A DNA stretch of 63,831 nt, counting the filler, from Octopus bimaculoides (Eukaryota), in NCBI RefSeq assembly GCF_001194135.2. It is 7 parts of 7 records of this genome, joined end to end, with 100 filler letters (N's around TTAATTAATTAA, not from the genome) between each part and the next. Parts side by side here need not be neighbours in the genome. Positions count along the whole stretch, not along the records: positions 1 to 14,294 come from NC_068985.1; 6 more parts are not named here. The stretch is one strand, 5' to 3'. The notes beneath the pieces were generated by a model. The model was not told where the DNA came from. It did no database searches and saw only the letters and a list, made by a program, of their open reading frames with translations. Below, piece by piece: positions 1 to 10,999 of the stretch. A program made the translations under genes and the position numbers. Position 1 is the stretch's first letter. The number at the start of each line of letters is the position of its first letter.

Positions 1-265
1 AATGCTGTTGTAAAATATACAATCACATCATCAAAATTTCAAAGCTATAAAATAATGCATGATTAATTAAAAATAATGTGAATGAAAAAGCATTGAATTT
101 GACAGAGTAATCTGTCAAATTGAATGTGACCATGCTGGGGCACTATCTTGAAATCAACTCTAGAACCTTTTTTTTTAAGTCTGATGTTTATTTAGACAGT
201 CTTTTTTTGCTGCACTGCTAAGCTACAACCAACACAGCTTCTCAAAGTATTAAGTTTTTACACAT

Positions 266-316
<51 letters not shown>

Positions 317-684
317 GTTTCCACTGTACCAAATTCATTCAGAAGGCATTAGTCAACCATTTACATATACGATGGGCTTCTTTCAGTTTCCATCTGAAAT
401 CTAGTCAAAAGGTTTTGGTCAACAAGGGACAGTAATAGAAGATATTTGTCCAATGTGACTGAACCTGAACTCATGTGGTTGTGAAACAAACTTATTAACC
501 ACTTAGCTATATCTGTACCTTGCTAGAAATAGCAAAAGAAATGCAATTTTCCTCAAATTGAGGAGCTATTGCATAATAAGGTATGGCATTGGATACAATA
601 TAGCTTAAAAAATAATAAAGAAAGTAGTCTGAAGTAGAATACCTTTGCTTGTAGATTTACAAAATCAATGTCAACGTGATAGGT

Positions 685-1080
685 GCAGGCATGGCTGTGT
701 GGTAAGAAGCTTGCTTCCTAACCACATGGCTCTGGGTTCAGTCCTACTGTGTGGCACCTTGAGCAAGTGTATTCTACGATAGCCTTAGTCCAACCAAAGC
801 CTTGTGCATGTATTTAGTAAATGGAAACTGAAAGAAGCCCATCGTAAATCTATCTGTGTGTGATGTGTCTTTGCTTGTCATCCAGTACTGCTTGACACTT
901 AGTGTTGGTTTGTTTACATCTCCATAACATAGTAGTTCAGCAAAAGAGACTGATAGAATAAGTACTAGGTTTAACAAAAGATAAGTACTGGTATTGATTC
1001 ATTCGATTAAAAATTTTTCAAGGAAGTGCCCCAGTATGGCCACAGTCTACTGACTGATACAAGTAAACGATAAAAGATGA
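685..1080 (+). mobile_element. tRNA-derived SINE family A (representative copy)
   Basis: Head ggcatggctgtgtggtaag...gggttcagtcc...ggcaccttgagcaagtg, internal CA/TA microsatellite, tail ...cagcatggcc.cagtc..tgactgaaacaagtaaa. Other copies at about 2258-2710, 4540-4960, 5150-5496, 14400-14748, 31850-32050, 32160-32310, 39010-39160, 44030-44200, 44840-45310, 51800-52210 and 56820-56970. Confidence 0.8.
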
Positions 1081-1409
1081 TACTACACATCAGCAACAAC
1101 CAAAACAGCAATAGACATTGAAACAAAGATGAAGATAAGAATGATATTACTGCTGCTACTACTCCTATGATGTTCATGAGAAGTGGGATGGCAACAACGA
1201 TGATGATGATTGATAAATTTGACAATGATGGTGATGATGATAGTCATTTTATTCATAGGTGGCATAGACAACAATGGCTAACAAAGACATGCAGGTACAT
1301 ATGCATATTTGCACATGCACTCACGCACACATGCACAGAGCCTCACAAAACATGTACACATGATGATGATGGTGATTCCTATCATCATAATCATCATCAT
1401 CATCATCAT

Positions 1410-1745
1410 CGTTTTTGTCCGCTTTCCATGCTAGCATGGGTTGGACGATTTGACTGAGGACTGGTGAAACTAGATGGCTACACCAGGCTCCAATCTGATT
1501 TGGCAGAGTTTCTACAGCTGGATGTCCTTCCTAACCCCAACCACTCAGAGAGTGTAGTGGGTGCTTTTATGTGCCACTGGCACGAAGGCCAGTCAAGAGG
1601 TACTGGCAACGGCCACGCTCGAAATGGTGTATTTTACGTGCCACCTGCACAGGATCCAGTCCATCAGCACTGGCAACGAACTCGCTCGAATGTCTTTTCA
1701 CATAGCACTGGCACAAGTGCCAGGTAGGCGATGTTGGTAACGGTC
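1410..1745 (-). mobile_element. RTE LINE 3' UTR fragment
   Basis: Antisense tail (catcat)n-gtccgctttccatgctagcatgggttggacg...ggatgtccttcctaac. Further copies at about 17595-17750, 19130-19420, 46475-46525, 54575-54648 and 55090-55245. Confidence 0.7.
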
Positions 1746-1957
1746 ATCATCATCATTATAAAGAGAAGGTGAAAGCTAGAGAAAAAGCATCATGATGACA
1801 ACCATTATTTTTATTGTCTATTATCATTATTGTCATCATCATCATCATCATCATAATCTTAAACAGCAGCATTCATTACATTTATCATATTAATTATCCG
1901 TAATCAGGCAAAAATTAATGTTTCTGTAAACAGTGGGACTATCTTAAATAAAATTAC

Positions 1958-2139
1958 CTCAAGAAAATCTTTGTCATTTTCCAAACCAAATGTTGGTGAG
2001 AATTCAAGTTTTAAATATCTCGAAGTTGACTTTGGGGCAATTTCCCATTCACAGACTACATTAGAAGGGTAAGAAAATGCAGTGCCATAACCAGGTGAAC
2101 TAATGTATCCAAAATTAGAATCAACTTTGAAAGTACAAC
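1958..2139 (-). CDS. Coding exon: N-terminal half of CUB domain 2 (gene continues left of the window)
   Basis: tttgattccAG| ... cttgag|GTAATT. 182 nt, phase 1-0. Translation GCTFKVDSNFGYISSPGYGTAFSYPSNVVCEWEIAPKSTSRYLKLEFSPTFGLENDKDFLE is a classic CUB start. Confidence 0.92.
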
Positions 2140-2460
2140 CTGGAATCAAAGAAAAAAATATTAGCAGTTTGTTTCAAAAGGGGTTTTTAGTTTTATTTCA
2201 AGGTTTCATAAGATGTGGTAAATTATAGATGAAAAACATCACTTATATATATATATATTCTTATATTTTTTTACATGTTTCAGTTATTTGACTGCAACCA
2301 TACTGGAGCACCGCCTTAAAAGGTTTTAGCCAAAGAAACTGACTCCAAGACTTATTCTTTTTAAGCCTAATACTTATTCTATTGGCTGTCAAGCAACAGT
2401 GGGTGGGGGTAGACAAACACAGACACAAAGACATACATGCATGAATAGATACACACACAC

Positions 2461-2547
<87 letters not shown>

Positions 2548-3189
2548 TATATGTATTTATATGACAAGCTTCTTTCAGTTTCTGTCTACCAAATCTACTC
2601 ATAAGGCTTTGGTCAGGCCAAGGCTATAGTAGAAGACACTTGCCAAAGGTGCCATGCAGTGGAAGTGAACTCGGAACCATGTGGTTGGGAAGCAAGCTTC
2701 TTACCACACATAGTCTCTCTCTCAGATACACACACATTCACATGTTTATCTGTGTACATATGCATATATATAAATATATGTATATTCTTATATGTAACAT
2801 ATAACTGTAAACACACACACACACACGTACACATACTTACATGTATGCACACACAAGCATATACCCAATCACATGTATATATTTGTCAATCAAATTCCAA
2901 TCTAGTCAAATTTTCACATTTTTTTTGTTTTGTTTTTTTTTGCAATTTTACAAGTATTTTCATGCTTTGCAACAATCTTTAGGTAAATCTTTATGTAGTG
3001 GCATTAACAGACAGTAAATGTGAAAATTAGACTAGATTGGAATTTGATTGACAAATATATACATGTGATTGGGTATATTTGACAACTGTAATAGAATGAC
3101 TGAATTTTTCCTTTAAATACTTTCCAGTAGGCACCAGAAAGATGAAACTTATGAACACTACTTGAATCAATCAGCATACCGCTTGTACA

Positions 3190-3515
3190 TCATGGTTTGA
3201 TGAATGAGGAACACAATTGATATCCATAGAAACATTTTAACCAAGCAGAGTTACCGATAGAGAATTTTGCTACAGTCAGATGTTGAGAAATATCTAATAC
3301 TACAAACAGACGTCCAGTATTAAACATTTTAAATGAAATTATATTCAAATTCAGATTAATATTTGTAGACATTTCAGAATAAAATGTATCCTTCAACTGA
3401 CCTTCAGTTAAGTCCCAACAATGTTCAACATCCATTACGATAGTAGCATTACTTTTATCTGCTTCTTTAATACTTGCTGTATCATTGTTTTGGAAATGTC
3501 TAATATTTGGTAATA
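3190..3515 (-). mobile_element. Penelope-like element reverse transcriptase N-terminal remnant
   Basis: Open frame ...NIRHFQNNDTASIKEADKSNATIVMDVEHCWDLTEGQLKDTFYSEM... resembles the PLE RT signature 'IKPADKG.AVVVMD..DY..EA..QL.D..FY'. Cut by a SINE at about 3517. Confidence 0.5.
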
Positions 3516-3516
3516 T

Positions 3517-3720
3517 ACTGGCAGAATCGTTAGCATGCTGGGTAAAATGCCTAGTGGTATTTCACCTGTCTTTACATTCTGAGTTCAAATCCTGCCAAGG
3601 TCAACTTTCCCTTTCATCCTTTCAGGGTCAATAAGATAAGTACCAGTCAAGCATTGGAGTTGATGTAATCAACTTACCTACCTTCCCTGAAATTATTGGT
3701 CTTATGCCAATATTTGAAAC
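3517..3720 (+). mobile_element. SINE family B (representative copy)
   Basis: ctggcagaatcgttagca...ttctgagttcaaat...gactttgcctttcatcctttcggggtcgataa..taagtaccag. Other copies at about 21628-21840, 26525-26740, 33440-33665, 40580-40800, 47355-48150 (x3), 51360-51600 and 57040-58350 (x5). Confidence 0.8.
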
Positions 3721-3984
3721 CAATATTTGGTCTGACACTTTTGCTTCGTTTAAAAGGGAATTTGGAAAGGATACCAATGTACTGGTTGGGAAGACTATTT
3801 CTTCTTTTCTTTTTTAACTGGGATTCATCAATAATGCTATTTTTATTAACAACAAACTCAAACAATTGTAATATTCAATAGAATTTTTAGATATTACTCA
3901 CTTTCTCATGATGGTTGACTATTGGTGTGGGCATATACTTCAGTCCTTTTGAAAAAAGTTGAAATTCATCATTATCTAATTTAA

Positions 3985-4217
3985 CCCTTTAGTATTCAAA
4001 CTGGCCATATCCAGCCCAAATATTCTATCCTTTTTATGTTCAAACTACCATTTAAGCGGCCAGAAACTGGCTTCTTACACTTACCCTACAATGTCATTCT
4101 AAAAATACACAATCGTATCATTGCAATTTCAAAGTTGCAAGATAATGCATGATTAACTCAAAACAAAGTGAATAAATAAGCATTACATTTGGCAGAGTAA
4201 TCTGAATGCTGAAGGGG
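3985..4217. mobile_element. piggyBac-type MITE
   Basis: TTAA at 3981-3984 and 4218-4221 flank imperfect TIRs (CCCTTTAGTATTCA ... TGAATGCTGAAGGGG). Related copies at about 1-120, 27758-27920 and 55870-56082. Confidence 0.7.
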
Positions 4218-4231
4218 TTAATGAAACTTAC

Positions 4232-4436
4232 CTTTTCTGAATTTAGCAAGAAATCCACGACTTTTGTTGGGAAAGATTCCAGTGTTGTATTTTATATACA
4301 TAGTATTTGTAGTGGAGATAATGGGTGTTGAGTATTGATAAGCTGCATTTGGAATTTTTACATGAATTTGTGATAGATCAGATTCTCCATTATACACAAT
4401 AAGTTCGTCTTCAATACTCAACATCAAATCTTGGAA
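4232..4436 (-). CDS. Coding exon: C-terminal half of CUB domain 1
   Basis: ttttgattAG| ... aaag|GTAAGT. 205 nt, phase 0-1. Translation FQDLMLSIEDELIVYNGESDLSQIHVKIPNAAYQYSTPIISTTNTMYIKYNTGIFPNKSRGFLAKFRK ends in the CUB 'S..N.M.I.F......RGF.A.Y' motif. Confidence 0.88.
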
Positions 4437-4702
4437 CTAATCAAAATAAATACAAAAATTTTATTTTGTCAATCTTACAAATAATTTTTTTTTAAATTGA
4501 CATTTTCAAAAATTGGAAAAAGTTTTAAAATATATATCTGAATGGTTTTGGCTGTGTGATTAAGAAGTCTGTTTTGCAACCATGTGGGTTTGAATTCAGT
4601 CCTACTTCATGATGGGCAAATGTCTTCAGCTATAACCCTGGGCCAACCAATCCATTGTGAGTGAATTGAATTTGGTAGATGGAAGCTGTGTGAAAGCCTG
4701 TC

Positions 4703-4747
<45 letters not shown>

Positions 4748-5859
4748 ATGTGTGTGTCTGTGTCTCACTACTACTTGACAACCAGTGCTGGTTTGTTTAT
4801 GCTCCAGTAAATTAGCAGTTCAACAAAAGAAACTGATAAAATAAGTATCATACTTAAGAAAAAGAATATGTATTGGGTTTGATTTTTATCTGCTAAACCT
4901 TTCAAAGGGTTACCTAAACTTGGCTACAGTCAAAGGATTGCAATAAATAAAAGAATAAAGGAATAGTTTTAAATGCAATTGAGAGGCTTGTCAGAGTGTT
5001 GAGTAGAATTCCTTGTAGTATTTGTTTGAGCTCTCTCCACTTTGAGTTCAAATCCTTTACCTTTACCTTTCATCTTTTGGGATGGTCAATTAAATAAAGT
5101 TCCAAACAAGGATAGTAGATTGGCAGAATTGTTGGAGTATTGGATGTATTTTATCTTTTACTTGTTTCAGTCATTAGACTATGGTCATGCTGGGGCACTG
5201 CCTTGAAGAATTTTTAGTTGAATGAATTGACTCCAGTACTTATTTTGTTTTTATAAGCCTGGCTCTTATACTATTAGTCTCTTCTAGCGAACCACTAAGT
5301 TACGTGGATATAAACACTAACACCAGTCATCAAGCAGTAGCAGGGGACAAACACACACATGCACAAACATACACTCACACACATATATGTATACACATAT
5401 GACGGGTTTCCTTCAGTTTCTGTCTACCAAATCCACTCATAAGGTTTTGGTTAGTCCAAGGCTGTAGTAGAAGACACTTGTCCAAAGTGCCACACAGCTT
5501 CACTTCTGTATCTTTGAGTTCTGACAGCAATACCTCCAGTGACACTAATGCCAAGTTTTTGTCAGCTGTTGTTTTTCCATTGGACACTATTGGTAATGTG
5601 GATAGGAAACACTTGCATGCCTGGGCAACTGTTGATCTTCCATATAAAAACCCAGCCCAAACTTGTACTCTTCAGGTACATGTCCATAGTCTTACAGAAC
5701 TTAAGGAAGTCCCAAGTACAAATAGTCTTATGTAATTTTCATGATTTCATGAAATACATTCAGATCTGATGAATTTCTTGATAAATCACATGCATATTTA
5801 AGGGAAAATGCTCTTTTGCTTTTTTATTATTGTTTCCAGTCAGCTGAGTCTGGCAATGA

Positions 5860-6880
5860 TAGAGCACCCCAATGCTAAAGATTAAAAAAGCACATTGTTT
5901 AACAATAGTCTCTACATGCTCTGAAATCATCAGAACACCTGAATTTATCCAGTAAGTTCAACAGACCATTGATTACAATGCTAGAAAGTCCATGCTTCAA
6001 TTGCAATAAATCTCTGTGTCAGAAGGAACAGTCAGAAATTTTGTCCATAAAAACATCAGATACAAGTCTTATATGATGAGGAAAGGTTAATTTGTCAGAA
6101 AAGGCAAAAGAAAATCATTACATCAGATCTAAAAGGCTCTTAAACTGAAAAATCCAGCAGAAGATTTGATTTGGCTTTTCTCAAATGAGAAAAACTTCAA
6201 CCAAGATCAAAAAGTTAATAGAAGAAATGATAGATGGTTATGTGCAGACCATTCAGAAGTTCCAAGTGTTATGCATACAAAATTTCCTGCAGCTGTTATG
6301 GGTTTAGAGGTTATCAGCAATGAAGGACATGTGATGCTACCTTACTTTTTCCCACGAGGCCTTAGAGTTAATTTTACCACCTACATTGAGGTCCTGGAAA
6401 TAATTGTTAAGCCCTGGATAGACAGTGTGTGCAATGGAAGACCATATGTATTTCAGTAAGACACTGCACTATCACACATGGTTCTAGTAACACAGGAATG
6501 GATGGCTGAAAATTTTCATGATCACATAACCCCTAACAATTGACCTTCTAATTCCCCAGATCTCAATCCATTGGACTATTAGATATGGAGAATTTTTGAG
6601 AGAGAGGTCAATGAACATGCCCATAATACCAGAGATTCTTTGAAATCTGCCATAGTCAGAGTAATGTCTAAAATGAACCAGGAATACTTGATTCCAGCAT
6701 GTAGATTATTTAGATCTAATATAGAAGGAGTTGTTGAAGCTGAAGGTGGCTTTATTGAATGACATTATAGAATAGAAGGTTTATTTTTATCCTCATAGCA
6801 TTTTTTGATAAATAAAGTTATTATCTGTTATTATATGTCTGTTTTTTTATAAACATAAATCTGTCCTCAAATATCTTTTG
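5860..6880 (+). mobile_element. Decayed maT-type (DD37D) Tc1/mariner transposon; ends approximate
   Basis: Transposase WLFSNEKNF...RPYVFQ*DTALSH...NSPDLNPLDY...VVEAEGGFIE*. 37 residues lie between the second and third catalytic D; multiple stops. Confidence 0.85.
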
Positions 6881-7139
6881 AAAACTTCACATAGGCCTCT
6901 GAGCAGGTATCACCAAGCTTTTGACAAACTTCTATTCAGATTCTCAGCTCAAGTTTCTCTGTCACGGTCAGTGCGACAATCACATGTTACACACCTTCCT
7001 TCCAAGCACTACTGTAAACAGCAGAAGTGAGCTAGAATGATAAAACTTAGTGCATATGCACAACAAAGTTTAAGGTCAATCTGTACCAAGCAGCTTCACT
7101 CTGCATGCTTTAGCTTCATTACAATGGCAACAGTCCAGA

Positions 7140-7515
7140 TACTTATTGATCAGACTGGTGGCATGTTAAAAGCACTATCCAAACATGATCAACGCTAGGG
7201 CCACCTGACTGGTTCTTGTGCCGGTGACATGTAAAACGCACCATCCAAATGTGGCCGATGCCAGTGCCCCCTGACTGGCTCCTGTACCAGTAGCACATAA
7301 ATAGCACTATCCGAATGTGATCGATACCAGGGCTGCCTGACTGACTCCTGTGCCAGTGGCATGTAAAAAGCATCCACTACACTCTTGGTGTGGTTGCGTT
7401 AGGATGGGCATCCAGATGTGGGAAACATTGCCAGATCAGACTGCTGGCTTTCCAGATCTCAGTCAAACTATCCAACCTATGCCAGCATGGAAAATGGACG
7501 TTAAACGATGATGCA
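7140..7515 (+). mobile_element. RTE LINE 3' UTR fragment with 66-bp tandem units
   Basis: Units start at 7205, 7271 and 7337 (ctgactgg...gtgccggtggca..taaaa.gcac) and end in the RTE tail ...ggacgttaaacgatgatg. The same tail follows the RTE ORF fragment at 22920-23190. Confidence 0.7.
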
Positions 7516-7995
7516 GCAATATACTTATTTCTTTAGCTATTTTTATGTAGTAATTTCTGAGCAAAGCATCATTGGTCACAGGTTCACTGCATGTTTGATA
7601 GTAAGATTGACATGGGAGTGTCTGTGTAGCTCAGTGCAGAACAAATATCAACAGGAAACTTTGTTTGTAAAACACCAGGTCATGACCAGTGTACTGGCTA
7701 AATCTCTCTGTTATAAGCTTTGTGGTGATTAGATCTTTTAACTTGTTTAACAACACCACCTGAGACTTGAGGACTTTCTAGAGAATCCATTCTGTAGCAA
7801 GTAATTAAACCATGTCCCCAGTCTGGAAATAACTCTGTACCTTTATATATATGCTTATTCTCACAGGAGTAACCCTATGAGTTGTGGTCTCTTTCTCTAA
7901 CTGTTCCCTCCCCCAATCTTCAAGATCCTGCAAAGATCATGGCGGCTTGCACTAATTTCTAACAAAATTTTAAAAAGAGTAAATAAATATCTTAC

Positions 7996-8147
7996 CTGAA
8001 GAGTAACAACATCCCCAAAAGTAGCTGTTAATAGCCATGTCTTTTCCATATTACCAGGCGGCATATTTGGATACAATGGGGAATAGATACTCTGATATTC
8101 ATCGGTAGCCGTTAATACTGCATCATGTGACAACAAATCAGATGAAC
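7996..8147 (-). CDS. Coding exon: N-terminal half of CUB domain 1
   Basis: ttttgcttcaaAG| ... cttcag|GTAAGA. 152 nt, phase 1-0. Translation GSSDLLSHDAVLTATDEYQSIYSPLYPNMPPGNMEKTWLLTATFGDVVTLQ has the CUB 'I.SP.YP...W.I....G..V.L' pattern. Confidence 0.85.
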
Positions 8148-9016
8148 CTTTGAAGCAAAAGAAAAACAAAGGATTTACAACCAAACACCTATGTTGAACA
8201 TTAATTGAATAACCTATCCTGCCAGCATTACATGACTGATGAATTACCTTAAGGAGATAAAGGTAATATAGTTCAAAAAGTAGAAGCAATTGACAGTACC
8301 TAACTTAGGGAGATGGAATGCGGGATATTGTATAGTGTAATAGGTAATGCTGTTGACCAGTAAGTGATAGATGCAGGGTTTCTAGTCCCATTAGGTAAAC
8401 CGTTTTTCTCTAAAATTGGTACTTATTGATTATCTAGGAGATAATCAATAAGTAAATTATTGATGTGATTACACAGCAAGAAACACTTCCTTATCAACTT
8501 CTATGTGATTGATCATTTAGCTAGAAATAATAGCTAAGTCTCCTTCAAATCCCAGTTATCATTTTAAACAAATAAGAACACATTTTAAAATGAATTACTA
8601 GATAAGCCTAGAATAACATGATGGTCAATACTGGAATATCTTTAATTATAGATTTGTGTGATCAGAGTTGACCATAACTGAATCAGCAACAGCAATAACT
8701 TGCCAACATTTTCTTTCTATAAAAGATGTGTAACTCTGACCCACTTTTCTGAAAAATCTTTCATATTTTAACACAGTTTATCATAAACTGCTCTTGCATC
8801 TGTCATCATCATCATTATCTTCATCATTATACATTTGCTATTCCAATGTCTTAAAGATTTCAATGTCTTCATGACACATTCAATGGTATATTCTAGTTGA
8901 AACTAAAATATTTTGATCAAGAAATATTTTTATAAACTCCCCCCCCCACACACACACACAACAACACCACCAAAAAACTCTCTCATTGAAACAATAAATT
9001 ATTTTATCACACTTAC

Positions 9017-9259
9017 CATTTTGTTCAGTAGCTTCAGGACAAGACTTGACATAGCTATCACAACAACTAGATTCAACTGATAGTGGTACCATGGGGTACA
9101 GTTCACATAAACCCTTGTCATGGTTAACTGTTATCATAGAACAATTCTCCAACTTTTCACAAGTTTCCATGCATTTATTTAAGTCACATTGTTCACAGTA
9201 GGTTGGTTCATTCTCCAGATGAACATGATGAGGGTATGGAATCCAAGAACATCTTAAAC
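9017..9259 (-). CDS. Coding exon of PAN-CUB gene: PAN/apple-like domain
   Basis: Acceptor tctatatctAG| and donor |GTAAGT. 243 nt, phase 1-1, open: LRCSWIPYPHHVHLENEPTYCEQCDLNKCMETCEKLENCSMITVNHDKGLCELYPMVPLSVESSCCDSYVKSCPEATEQN. The C-x3-C-x5-C...C-x-L pattern is PAN/apple-like. Confidence 0.85.
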
Positions 9260-9491
9260 CTAGATATAGAGAAAATCCACAGTTTATTCATTACTGAAAA
9301 TTAATACCGAGAACTTAACAACTAAAATCAAGTGTTTCCAAATCTGGGATCATGAACATTTCTCTCTGATTTGCAGAGACATACAATTATTTGTATCTAT
9401 CCTTGAGGATTCAATGGGAAAACTATATTACCAATGAAGAGGTTCTACTCCAGGCTGGATGTATATCTATATATGCATGTATATAAGTATA

Positions 9492-10620
9492 TATATTCTC
9501 TCATCTTTTGACCTTTTCACTCATCCATTCACCATTAACACTTTTACCACGTATTATTATTTACGTTTATTTATTTATGTATTATTTATTCATTAATATC
9601 TACTTTCGTAAGCTAATTATTTAAATTGACCCTTCAGTATATAACTTCCTAAATCTCTCTCAGCCTTCATTCCTCCTTAATTTTTCATGTAATTTTCTAA
9701 ATGGAATCTCTTCTTCCCTCCTATGTTCTCAAGTTGACTACATATATTTTGTACCATCTCTCTAAATTAACCCTTGCTTGTCCTCTCTGGGCTTCATGTT
9801 GGCTAAATATTTTTCCTATTTTTCATACTATTTTCTTATTTCTTCCCACTCACTATGGCTCCTTGTGCTATTTCTCTGCTACTATCATTGCTATTGTCTC
9901 CAGCCCAGGAAGGAAGAAAGCATCCTCCATAATGTTCACTTCTGGTCGTAGCATATCTATAAAACACTTAACCCACATAATTCCTCCTTGTTTGTCATGC
10001 AATCTCAACTTAAATTGTTCTTGGACGCCCAGTCATGCATTGCTAAGGTAAGATATTCTCTCGTCTTTCAATCCTTTCATCCATTCATTCACCATTAACA
10101 CTTTTAATATGTATTATTATTTACATTTATTTATTTATATATTATTTATTCATTAATATCTACTTTCATAAGCTAATTATTTAAATTGATCCTTCAATAT
10201 ATAACTTCCTAAATCTCTCTCTCTCTTTCTCTCTCTGTCTCTCTCTCTCTCTCTCAGCCTTCATTCCTCCTTAATTCTTCATGTAATTTTCTAAACGGAA
10301 TCTCTTCTTCCCTCCTGTGTTCTCAAGTTAACTACATATTTTTTGTACCATCTCTCTAAATTAACCCTTGCTTGTTCGTGGCATGCCCGTCCATTTCCAC
10401 CAACACCACCACCAATACCACCACCAATACCGGATATTTATCTCTCTTCTCCCTCCACCAACGCCAGATATCTCTCTCTTCACCCACCACCATTACCAGA
10501 TATCTCACTGGAAACCCTCTTCCTCACTGGTGGTATCCTCTATCATACCTGCAATTTCTTCTCCCTCTCCCAGGAGAAATGCAATTAGTTTAGCTGCCCA
10601 CCTACTTAATCTAGCATTGG
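9492..10620 (-). mobile_element. Two tandem truncated copies of one repeat, possibly a LINE 3' end
   Basis: About 9492-9781 is repeated at about 10054-10377, with a (TC)n expansion in copy 2. The flanking sequence differs between copies. Family not identified. Confidence 0.45.
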
Positions 10621-10999
10621 CATATTGATATTAATATTCTTCTCCTCTCTTCTTTTTCTTCTTCTTCTTCTTCTTCTTGTCCTCCTTCTCCTCCTCCACC
10701 ACCATCACCACCACCTCCTCTCCTCCACCACCACCTCCTCTCCTCCTCCCCTCNNNNNNNNNNNNNNNNNNNNNNNNNNNNNNNNNNNNNNNNNNNNNNN
10801 NNNNNNNNNNNNNNNNNNNNNNNNNNNNNNNNNNNNNNNNNNNNNNNNNNNNNNNNNNNNNNNNNNNNNNNNNNNTTCTTCTTCTTCTTCTTCTTCTTCT
10901 ATCTTTAATGATTTACTTATATCAGCAACTCCAGAAATGCTTAAATTTACGATTTTACGATGTCCATAATGCTTACACTTACTATGCCACTAACACCTA

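Noticed and set aside
7140-7400. Regular 66-bp repeats as a possible CRISPR-like array or hammerhead ribozymes
   Set aside because: No unique spacers, eukaryotic context, and no CUGANGA/GAAA core; explained as RTE 3' UTR.
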